Source: Fimbriosthenelais zetlandica (lineage: Eukaryota). From it: a stretch of 64,000 nucleotides of DNA. The translations under genes and the position numbers were made by a program. The stretch's first letter is position 1. The number at the start of each line of letters is the position of its first letter. Below, piece after piece: positions 11,229 through 21,709 of the stretch. Below the pieces are notes generated by a model that had not been told where the DNA came from, ran no database searches, and saw only the letters and a list, made by a program, of their open reading frames with translations. The stretch lies in assembly GCA_977030845.1 (NCBI GenBank), contig OZ365118.1, forward strand, positions 15,376,001 through 15,440,000. Reading direction: 5' to 3'.

Positions 11229-14200
11229 CGTTCTGAGAGAGCTAGCTGATGGCTTAGCTCCACTGGCTTTTCTGCCGCATCTGCCACTACTGCAGCTACA
11301 CTAGCAGGGGCTTTCAAAAAGACCCCAGTCACCAGTGAGCTATACCCAATGAGAAATTGCTGACTGGGCATTAAACAACTATTCACTGTCTCACTCTATA
11401 CAGCGTCAGTAGTTTTTAGAGTGGAGGCTGGACCGGGAATTATAGATTTCTATCATACCTCGGTGCCACATTATCGGCGATTTCCCTACTGGTCGGGGCG
11501 GTGCGCCTGATTGAGTTTAATTTACAGTAAATGCCGGGACAGTGGACAACAATAGTCCCGAGTATGGAAAGGCTTTGTCACTGGTGTCAGTTGGACCAGC
11601 ATATCGGCTGGTGAACCCTCCCCACTGGGACCCTGGGACTTGTGGTATGGGGGAATGGTTTGGCTCATGCCACTTTCCCATTGCACTGTCAAACAGAGGG
11701 TAATTTCTGGGGGCTTTCATAAAAAATATCTGCAATGCTCTCTCATAACCCCAGCAGTGGTCGTTATGTCAAAAACATAATTTTATTACTTCCCCTGCAG
11801 TGCATTTTATTCCCTACTCATTTTGTCCTGTCCAATTAACTATTAAGTTCATGACTTTCTAGTACCTAATTCAGAATTCCATGCTCTATTCATTTTGTTT
11901 ATCATTTCCTTGTGAATTGGATTTTCACCTATTATCAATCAATTAGGACAATTACAGAAATTTACTTCATTTTTTCAAGAAATGTATTCGTTTTGTGAAA
12001 GTATTTTTCATGTTTTAGTAGCCTAGAATAATGTCAAAAACATACAAGGATAACCTATAGATTATTTCCATACATACTATAAAGATCCCAACTATAGAGT
12101 AGCCCATAGACCATTGTGATAAACACAGAGGAAATTCCATTACCCCAGCACCCGCCGTCATTTTTATAGTGTGGATCATATGTTGGAACCGAATCCCAGC
12201 GCTGACAAAACATTCTGACATCTGTACAACACAAAACCCAGTCCGCCATCCCACATCCCCGGCCCTGCCTCCAACATGGCCTCCTGCTCCCAGATAGCTT
12301 GTCCATTGACAAAAACCATCGGTATGCAATAGATATGAACTCCCCCCGCAGTTCATGCACCCTCCCAGCTCAATCTCTCCATATTGACAAATACCATCGG
12401 GGGGATGCTTTTCACTTACATGCCTGGCCGAAGGCAAGGGGATTTCATTTATAGTCGTCCATTCAATGTGTGCTGCTAGAAAATTGGACTGTCCAACAGA
12501 CTGCTGCATGGCTGCTGAGCGCTGCTTGGTGAATATACCTATAGACAGGTTCCCTCCAGTGTGGACCATTGAACAATGGTATATTATTATGGGCGACATG
12601 TGTCGAATTATCGCCTTTCCAGGGGATTAAGGGGTGGGATTATTTGAGGTTAATCTGTGAAGGAATATTTGATATGAGTCTAATAATTGCCTTAGTACAA
12701 TCCAGCACCTTTTTCTGTGCAATATAGCCATTCACCAAATCCTGAATTGCAGATTTACTTACCGGTGAAAACGGTTTTGGAGGGTTGGTACATTGGATGA
12801 TTACTTTGTCCAATTGTTGTGTATTAAAGAGAATACCATAAATTGACATTCAAGATTCCTATGTGTGGTTTATCTACATTCAACCTTCTCGCTCTATACA
12901 ATTATGGGTTTCTCGACCTTCGGCCTCCGAACCTTAAATCCCATAGAGCACGAGCTCTCATATCAACCTGTGCTCTAATTCACTAAATAGACAAAGGCCT
13001 ATATAGGCTTGATGTGCCATATGGTCTAGCCTGCTCATCCATCACCCCACACACACACCCCTTGCTCTGGTACCTATCAATACCAGCACCAATTATTCAT
13101 TCCCGGCCCAGTCTATATACTAATGCTCTCTCTTCATGTGTGGATGTACAAAGGTGGAAATGCGTGCAAAAAGGCATTGGTTACACTGGCCGATCCCACA
13201 ATTGAACAGCCAACGGACATTGCCTTTTCATTAGAGCACCAGTTCATTCACTGATTGAATGGTCGGTGGTTCAGTTCCCCTGAGCTGTCCAAGGCATTTT
13301 CACCGCATGTCGCCTTAATAGCTCCACTGGGGTTCTTATGCCTTGAGTATTGCAAGTATTGAGTATTGCAATTTTCTTGCGGTTGGCCCTTGTGGCTGAC
13401 TTTTCTATGACCTCAACTGCCATATCTGCCACACCACCCTCGAATAGAACACAATATAGGCAACCTTCCTCACCAATAGCAAGCCCCTGCTAGAGCTGTT
13501 ACACTTGCAAATGTGACGGGAAACCTTGTTGAGCTACTTCTTAATCAATTGCTCTAGAGCAATTGCACATGCATCTATGTTGATGCACTGAAGTCCACAT
13601 TCAATTGAATGAAAGAATGGTCATGCAATTGCATTTTGATGGAGCCAACGGCTGAAAAATCTCCCCCGATTTTGAGACCTAATACAAGATTGCTGCGATT
13701 GGTAATCAGTCCAACGACCGATTGCCCATCGGTTCAATGTACCCAGGGCTTATTATTGAAGAATCAATATGGACAAGAAGTAGCAACAAGAAGGTTACAT
13801 TGCGGTAAATCCATATGCAGTGTTCCCGGGGCTGTAAATGTCAATTATGTGGACGGATATTACTATGTGGAGGTGTGCTACAGCGGACATTAGATACCCT
13901 CCATGCCATGGTCAGATGCTGGAGACAAGGTCTGAATACACTCTCAAAAATAACTGCAAATTGACGAAATAAACTCTAAAAATACAGGAGAATTCCACTG
14001 GAAATTACAGTGAAAATCTACCAACAACATTGGAATGAAGGGCAATTACAATGGAGTTTAATTTCACCATTTTCGCCACCGATTTTAACAGGTCTCTGAA
14101 TCTTTGTGGGTAGAGTGGGTAGATATTGTTAGAATGAGAACTCATTGGGTGGGTTGGTGGGCGAATAAGGGCCTATATAACCAATATCATTCCACTCTCT

Positions 14201-16563
14201 AGATCAGCACCGGGGTTTGACCGGAATAAACCGGTCAAATCTGGGTCCTTTGACTGCTCCTGATAAAGAATAACGGCGCCGGGCCTGGCAATACCAGCCC
14301 TATCTCCTCCTTTCCACATTTTTCACACGATATCGGCTCTCTACGCATATTAGCCTGTATCAATACATTGGAGGTTGTGGGTGGGAGGTACGAGCTATAA
14401 GATAGAAGGTCCCTCTAGTTTTCTCTACGATTTATGGCCTGCTTCTATAGAGACCAGGTATGGCCCCCTTATAGTGAACGGGGCCCCCTAGTGAGTCCTA
14501 GCTTGGCCTAGTACAGGTGGGGGTCTGTGTAGATTAGCCCGGGCGGCGGGCGGGGGGCGGTATGGACACCTGTCCCCCCCCCCCTCTTTAGGCCTGTCAC
14601 TGCCTATTTCTTCTCCCTTGCAAACCTTTAATTAACCAGCAAAAGGTGTGGATGAAAAAGGCCCTCGGGCTATTGATGTTAGATGGTATTTCAAGAGTGA
14701 GTCAGACACGTGTGTTGAGATGACCCACATGTGAGGAGGGACACTTCATCCTCCTTTAACACCTCAAAAATTCAACCCCGGACCTGTTTGCTTTTCCCTT
14801 CCTTCAAATCACAGCCGCTGAACAAATACCGGGGAATTACCAGCGTGAAAAACAAGGAGTTTATCCACTGGTGGTAATTAAACGCGAATAACAAGCCGAA
14901 GAAAGGTTGGAAAGGTGCCATCACTAATTGGTAGGTCTATCTGGGGGGAGATATTTTTTAAATTTTGAATTAGAGACCTTGTTAATCTAGGGCTCTTCCC
15001 AGCACGCACGTGTAGGGCATACCCTGAAACCCACCCACCCCTTCCCATCCATTCATTGATTCGTGTTCACTAATCACCCTTCTTCTCGCCACTAATTAGC
15101 AAATCTTTGAATTGTCCTGCACTCTCCGAGCTTGCATGATGTTGGGAATAACAAAGGCTTGTGTTCCCAAGACTCGCTATAGAGTAACCGCACATTTCTC
15201 CGGACTCTTGGTTGTTCCCAGCCTTCCTCACCATTATGCTCGACTTAACAAGGCTTAACAAGATAATAAAGAGCTTTTTTGAAAACACCGAGTTCACCTG
15301 AGTTTGAGAAGCGATCGATGTTGAAGGTACTTGCCGGGGGTCCATCCATGTCCACAAAGAGTCAGTTATTTGTGAGGCAATGTCACCAAGGTGGTTTTTC
15401 TTTATTTAATGAGTACCCCTAAGTTTTCCTTTCACTCCCAGTTTTCTGTTCCGCTTCTCCAGGCCCTCTCTTCCTTTCCCCAGCCCCGCCTCCCCTCCCC
15501 CTCCCCCTCCCCCTCCCCAACACAACAATGCCATCTAAAATGTCCCCTGTGAACTCAAAGCACATCTCTTCACTGATCTTAGGGTCCTCCCCTTTAAAGA
15601 TAAAGTTTATGACGCAAAGAAAGCAATAAAGAAAGTGAACTCACAATAGCAATGCTATCCTACCTTTTCTTGGAGCATTTTATGTCAAGAATGGTGGGCG
15701 TTGGATAGATATAAACATCCTAATCGTAGAGGGCTAGTTTCACAATGAAAACCTTCCCTGTTACCTTATACCATTGGTGATAATGTGTCGGGCTTTTTTT
15801 ATGAAACACCACCTGGTTTTAGATGCAATGTTTAATGATGAACCCAGCCATATTTCCCTACTCAGACCCACTCGCGTCATAAAATATTAGCCCTAATTCT
15901 CATCCCTTGGATCTTTTATGCAACCTCTCAATCCTCTCCAAGGGGGATGCCAGGATATATAGTCCGATCCCCTGCCGTTTCCTATTTAATGAGCATGTTC
16001 TGAACATAAAAGACAAGCGCCAGACTAAAAAGAAACATATTCATCTGCGAAGCATCCCTTCAGTCATTGGCTTTGACAGACGAATAGAAATCTACATCGT
16101 TTAGAAGTCAAATCATGTGTGTATCCGTATGACATCCCTATATTCCCGCTCTCTGCCTCAATGCATTTAGTAAAACCTTTGCCATTTATCGACCTTATTC
16201 CCAGTCCTTATATTTCCCCCGAGAATGAAAAAGCAAATCCAATCTGCATTCAAAAATATCCATCCATTTCATTTCTTCTCCGTGTATCAGATGAGCACAT
16301 TTAATCCATTGATCAGATTTTAAGGGCTTAAGCCCCGCTTTCACAATGCATTGCCCGTCAGGGATTAGTCCAACATACAATAGTATGTGTGAGTCCTTCG
16401 CGGCTTGGACTAATCTTTCATCTGGGAATGCCCATCTGGGCTCCCCCCCCCCCGGAGCCCACCAAACCCCCACATCTACCATGTGATTGTGTTTCCTGAG
16501 TTTTGCCCTCCTGATTGGAAGCTTATTGCAGGTGGGTGACAGATTGGTCATCACCCACACCTG

Positions 16564-16741
16564 GGGGTCGTTTCAGAAAAGTTACGCACCTTTAACCAAC
16601 AGTAAATCTATTGGGAATATAATAAATCTCTTTCGAAAGTTGCCCATACATTAGTTACCACTGGCTGCTCGTTTCATAAAACTTTTCATAAATTGGTGGA
16701 TTTCCAGGGTAACAATAACGCACTTTTTATGAAACGGACCC
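16564..16741. mobile_element. 178-bp MITE, PIF/Harbinger-like, with CTG target-site duplication
   Basis: Left end GGGGTCGTTTCAGAAAAGT versus reverse complement of right end GGGTCCGTTTCATAAAAAGT. CTG flanks both sides (16561-16563, 16742-16744). No coding capacity. Confidence 0.6.
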
Positions 16742-17029
16742 CTGCTGATTGTGTCCAGTTGGAGATTAAAGGATCGCCACCTTTCAGTATGAAATAGGTT
16801 TAGCCTCACACCCCCGTGCTCCTGCTCAGATAATACGATTAATGCCTCATGATTTGTGTATACTTCCCTGCCCAGCCAGGCATCGGGTTGTCCTCTTACT
16901 GCCACGGCCATTTCCTGAAACAATCGGATTTTCCCCGGGCAAAAACGGCCCAGCTAAATGCAAGGGCTGCTGCTTTTCTTTTCTTTTGCCTCTGCTAAAA
17001 AGCAGACTGAGTGCTTGCTGGGGGAGGGG

Positions 17030-17370
17030 ATATGGCTGGAAGCGAGATGGGGAGAAAGCAAAAAGGGATAGATATAGGAGAGTGAGAGGGAAGGAACGAA
17101 AAGGTAGGGGAAGGGGGAGAGGAAGGAAAAGAGATAGCCGAAGAGATTGGGAGTGAGCTGGAGATCATAGGAAAAAAGAGAGATTCAGAGCAATAGGTAT
17201 ACCTAGGAGGGAAGTAGAGGAGAGAGGAAGGTAAGGGGATCGGATATAGGGAAATAGAAGCAGGAAGATGGAGGGAGAGAGCGAGAGTGAGGGAGGGAGA
17301 GCGAGAGACAGAGACAGAGAGATGAGAGAGACAGAGAGGACACAAGCACACAAGGCAGAGAGAGAAAAGA
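17030..17370 (+). repeat. Homopurine GA-rich tract ending in degenerate (GA)n
   Basis: Directly visible low-complexity purine run. Confidence 0.85.
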
Positions 17371-18829
17371 AGAAAGATCCATTAGGATTTTGTGATTTAT
17401 GTCGGATGGCGTGTGCTGGCCAAGATTGCAGGCTTTCCTTAATATTGACGCCACCAAGACAGCACAGCTAGGGTTCCAGGTGGGCAGTCCAGGCCTTATC
17501 TCCTGGTCAGCAGGGGTCCAGCAAGGTGTCCTTCCAGCTCCAGACCTAGTGGTCAGCACCAGTGACCACAAAGTTGACCTTTTGTCAGAAGCCATCGGAT
17601 ACAAAATGACCAGCTGTGCCACTATAGTCATTGCCTTTGGTTTTGTCTGCATGCCCCAATGGTATTTATAAAGCTATTAACCTTCTGTTGAATCCACCAG
17701 CAAAAAATCATTGCCCAGTGGGTCTATTTTGTCCCCCAATTCACAATTAAACTTCATCCATACAGATTTTCAGAGGGTGGGGTGGGGGTGAACAACTCCT
17801 GCGGCCTTTCAGATAGATTTCTTTACTGTGCAAATATGTCCGTCCCTTGATATCTCCAAGGCCCAAACGCATAGCACAAACTCATAAATAACACCAGACC
17901 AGCTTCATCCTATTCAGGGCTCCCTGCAAATCCCTGATATTACCATAAGGGAGCCATTTAAGAGGGTAATTTGTGGCCGGGGCATGCCGACTCGGACACG
18001 AGCAAAGGCAGAGGATCGGGGCCAGGGATCCAAGCCTAAACATGCACATAACACTATTATGACGGCCCACAACCACTCTCTCATCATCATTCCCAGCCAA
18101 TCCAGAGTTACGCGCGGATTAATCGTAATTGCCCTTCATTTCTGCCAATTCGCCCTTGTGTACAATGCAAATTGGATTCCCACTAGCGCCTCGATTGGGC
18201 CTTAATTGAAATGTACATGTATAAACGAAGCTTTGTCATGAAAGTGTCGAGAAGGAAATGATAAAGGGGGTCATAGCTTTCCTGTCCTGTCCCCATTACA
18301 AATATCCTCATATTCTCCCGGCAGACCTAAATGGGGCCTGCATGCATGTTTCGTAACAAAACCCATTACTCATTTCCTAATTATCTTCGGTCTGTAAAAA
18401 TGCGAATATGAGACAAATCTCCTTTGAAACATGCCCTGCGAGCTTTGTCACCCAAGTCCGCATTGCTATCATATGTTTTACTTCTCATGTTTCCTATATG
18501 AAACAACCCGCTGAAAACTGAATCCTTTTCCAATAGACTTCACTCCCTCGACCATCTATCATAAAGCAAAGTCAAGAAAGGCCGAATAAACATTTGCTTT
18601 GAGGTGTTGTCACATGTTTTGAGTCGCTTTTTCTTCTTTAAAAGCCTTAAGTAAGCTATTCATTTCCCAGAGCATCTCGACCTTTCTTCTCTTCTTTTTG
18701 AAGAGTTCCGCTCTTTGACGTTTGAATGTCTATACAAGATTCAACACGCTGCCAATCCTCCCCCTACACTGTCTGTCGTAAAGCCATAAATCTTACAAAT
18801 CTCGTATCTAGCTGAGAGAGAACTCTCCC

Positions 18830-19045
18830 AACCATTGCTACCCATCGAACAGAGCAGGGCATTCAGAGCCGACAGCGGGTTTCCTACTTGTTCAATGTGA
18901 GTAAATTTTCTTGTAGTGAGATAGTAGAACAACTGTTGACTGGACGTCAAGGAACCCATTCATTCACTCACTCAGTCACTCACTCACTCAACACTCACTC
19001 ACTCAATGACTGACTCCCTCGATCACTCATTCACTCACTCCCCCA
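18830..19045 (+). mobile_element. SINE-like relic (copy 2) with 3' tail and (CACT)n microsatellite
   Basis: Similar to 11171-11228. It continues through gccgacagcgggtttcct and tgttgactggacgtcaag into (CACT)n at ~18960-19045, a SINE-tail-like layout. Confidence 0.55.
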
Positions 19046-20189
19046 CATCCCTCTACCCAACCCTCCCAACCCCATCTACCCCACCCACATCACCCCCTCC
19101 CCCTTCTCCCTCCCTTCCCTCCCCACCCTCCCACACCCCATGTCTTTCCCCTTGTGGATCTCTTGCGGTAGAATCACAGTCCAATGCATCACCACCCTCT
19201 CCTACCATTGACAAGCAGTAGACTGGTGGGTAAGTCTTGGAGGGGGCCCGCAATCATGAAATGAACTTAGACCACTCTAGTCTACACGCTTTTCCCATCC
19301 CTGAGGCTGCGCCAACCAAACATATCCCTTTTCTGCCAAGAAGAGTTTATGACATTTTCGCATGAACGCCGTTTGAAATAACGTGAGTGTTAAAGCTTGG
19401 TCGCATCGATTTTTTCCGCCGCCTCAGTGAATCTTCCTCACTGAATCTTCCTCACTAGTAGGTCTTTCTCTGTAATGAAGTGAGTCTTCTCAACTTGCTC
19501 TCTATATAGAATTTCGGAAACGACATCACTCTATCGACGATTATTCCATAATCACTAATATTATAGAGTTGAATCTCCCTTAATATAAGAGCCATTCCAT
19601 TTATATGATTCCTCCATTAAGTATGAAAGATACCTTTTGTTTGCCATAAGATTACATAGAAATTAAAAGTAGAATGTGTCAACGGCCATATTGGGTAGCT
19701 CGACTCGGGTTATTTGGAAATGGAGAGTTATTGCTTACTAATCCATCCATTTCCGAGACATACAAATCTAACTCTAAGTTCTTATACATTTCAACACCGG
19801 ACCCAACCCATCAAATTGATGGATGTTTTTTCAGCACAAATACTCCAAGGTTTGCCAATTCAAACAGTCAGATGAGACGCCTGAAGGGGAAAGGCTATAA
19901 GTGGGAATAGATGTATGGACCTTGGTCATATATACCTCCACACTTACAGTGGAGAGTTTCAAACAATAATTGGCAGAATTGATAAGTACATTTGACAGTT
20001 GGACATACCTACACATCATACGCCTGTCATGGCGGGTCTCCACAGATCATGTACCATATGGCAAGGTCAACCAGCAGTTTGACTGTGGCGCGCCTATAGC
20101 CATTTGACAATGTATAGAGTTACTATTTGTTTTTGATCTCTCCTGAAGCACTCTCCCCTCACCTGTCGCATGTACACATGACCCCTCTG

Positions 20190-20195
20190 CTCTCG

Positions 20196-20226
<31 letters not shown>

Positions 20227-20243
20227 TATCTCTCTCTCTCTCT
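20190..20243. repeat. (CT)n microsatellite ~90 nt from the retrotransposon insertion site
   Basis: CT run with CTAT interruptions. Confidence 0.9.
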
Positions 20244-20709
20244 GCTTTCTCTGTCCCCCCTATACCATCTCTGTTCCTATACCAGTTTATATTCGTCTCC
20301 ATCTCTCTCTCACTCTAATTCCAACTGATATTGTAGTAAATTCGCTGCATGCAGCTCCTTTACCGTGGTTTTACACCAGGCAAGACCATGAGTTTCCCCT
20401 AGAGCCTTTGGCTACACCCTGCCGAGCGGTGTCGTTGCAACGCTGGATGTGTTTTAGTTAATCTCGTTTTTAAGGACAATGTGTTTACGAATAGATCTAC
20501 TTTCAGTTAAGGACCTTATTTATGGAACTCATTTAGATGATGTGTTAAATACTCATTAAAGGACATTCCAGGAACACTGAGACATAGTCTCCTCATCTTC
20601 AGGCTGGACAATAGACTCCTGCTATATGCGGACTAAATCCGGGAATATTCCGGAAAGGTTATCTGCGCCATCTGCGGTGCTTTATGGAACTTCGGTTCCA
20701 AACGATTAT

Positions 20710-20742
20710 TATAAATGACAAGTTTGTGTGTTACTTTTCAGA
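20710..20742 (+). promoter_or_regulatory. Predicted LTR core promoter (TATA box + Inr, TSS ~20740)
   Basis: TATAAA at 20710 and TTCAG with A at 20740, matching canonical TATA-to-Inr spacing. Confidence 0.5.
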
Positions 20743-21422
20743 GGTGAAACTTAGAGTCATAATTATGTATAATGTACTTGTATATTATGCCGTGTGTGAA
20801 TTATGTCATTTTCGACTTGTATCTGTGATATTGTCCGTTAGACGGTCTGAATGTCTGAGAACACCTCAGCCATTCATGTAGGACTCCGTATGGGTCCCGC
20901 CTCTCACCAACACAAGGGGGCCTTCACAGGAGTGTTGGTCCGGGACTAGCCACGACCGGTTAGTCTGAGTCTGCTGCTTCAATCGTTCTCGGCCAGTTGG
21001 CCTCGAGTCCGGATCTTTGCAAGATCCTCGAATGAACCATGCTGGGTTCACGGGCCTAAGTGGAGACGTGTAGTCTTCCCGGGTATGCTACCCGCCTCGC
21101 ATTCCCACGCAACTACACCAGACCTGGGTCTGGTACCGAGCAAGTCCGTGTAGGACAAACTACCCGGGGCATCTTCCAAGGCCGGTTCCCGGCCGGGATT
21201 GCTATCCCGGATCTTCCACGTTTACGGGTCATTTACGGAGCGCTCGTCAAATCCGGAACTCCGGATTCCGGTTTGACTGTGCTCAGGGTTTGGCTGGGTA
21301 CCCATCCAGTTGACCTTGTGAGCGCCTGTAGCTTCCCTTATTGTACGATCACACGCGTTCTGGGTGCGCATTCATCACTGTCTATTGAATACCTGTTTGT
21401 TCTCCTGTATGGATCTACACTA

Positions 21423-21428
21423 AATAAA
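21423..21428 (+). terminator. LTR polyadenylation signal AATAAA (3' copy at 31116-31121)
   Basis: AATAAA followed by GT/T-rich sequence, ~120 nt from the LTR end in both copies. Confidence 0.7.
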
Positions 21429-21547
21429 TGAGCAACACTGCATAAGTTTTAAACTGTATCTGATTGCCTTTTGGTTCCTTCAATTATTGCCGAATTGTAT
21501 TTGGGTATTAGTTTTTAGTCTCTTTACTTTAGCCGGTTCATTACAAT

Positions 21548-21565
21548 TGGTGCCGTGACCAGGAT
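21548..21565 (+). other. Primer-binding site complementary to tRNA-His 3' end
   Basis: TGGTGCCGTGACCAGGAT starts two bases after the LTR end. It is complementary to ...ATCCTGGTCACGGCACCA, the invertebrate tRNA-His(GUG) 3' end as recalled. Confidence 0.85.
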
Positions 21566-21709
21566 ACCTTCTGTGCAGAAGGAGAAGCAGATGGTATCGT
21601 GAGAAAACTACGTGAACGAACAGTGGTATAGACTGTCCAAATACCTTGGTATTCGTGGAAGGGCGATTTCCGGATTGTTCCGGATAGTTTGTCGTGTAGA
21701 CAAAAGAAG

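Larger units (their letters stand above)
20332..21545 (+). repeat. 5' LTR (1214 nt as defined by the TSD; only the last 665 nt are shared with the 3' LTR)
   Basis: ATAT|TGTAGTAAA start and TTACA end two bases before the PBS. TATAAA 20710-20715 with TCAG (A at 20740) 30 nt downstream; AATAAA 21423-21428. The left boundary is less certain than the right: an alternative TGTA sits at 20877 but has no matching TSD. Confidence 0.75.

Noticed and set aside
12015-12599. 194-aa minus-strand ORF
   Set aside because: No recognisable domain or supporting splice structure; length is close to chance expectation for six frames of 64 kb.
13255-13340. tRNA gene (GGTTCAGTTCCC B-box-like)
   Set aside because: No cloverleaf; at most a decayed SINE head.
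20877-20880. TGTA at 20877 as the true left end of the element
   Set aside because: Its flank (TTCA/ATTCA) does not match the right flank ATAT, whereas 20332 gives an exact TSD and brings in a TATA/Inr. Kept only as an alternative.
21060-21431. 123-aa ORF present in both LTRs (also 30753-31124)
   Set aside because: Starts at GTG, has no recognisable motif and is duplicated only because it lies in the LTR; GC-rich hairpin sequence is naturally stop-poor.
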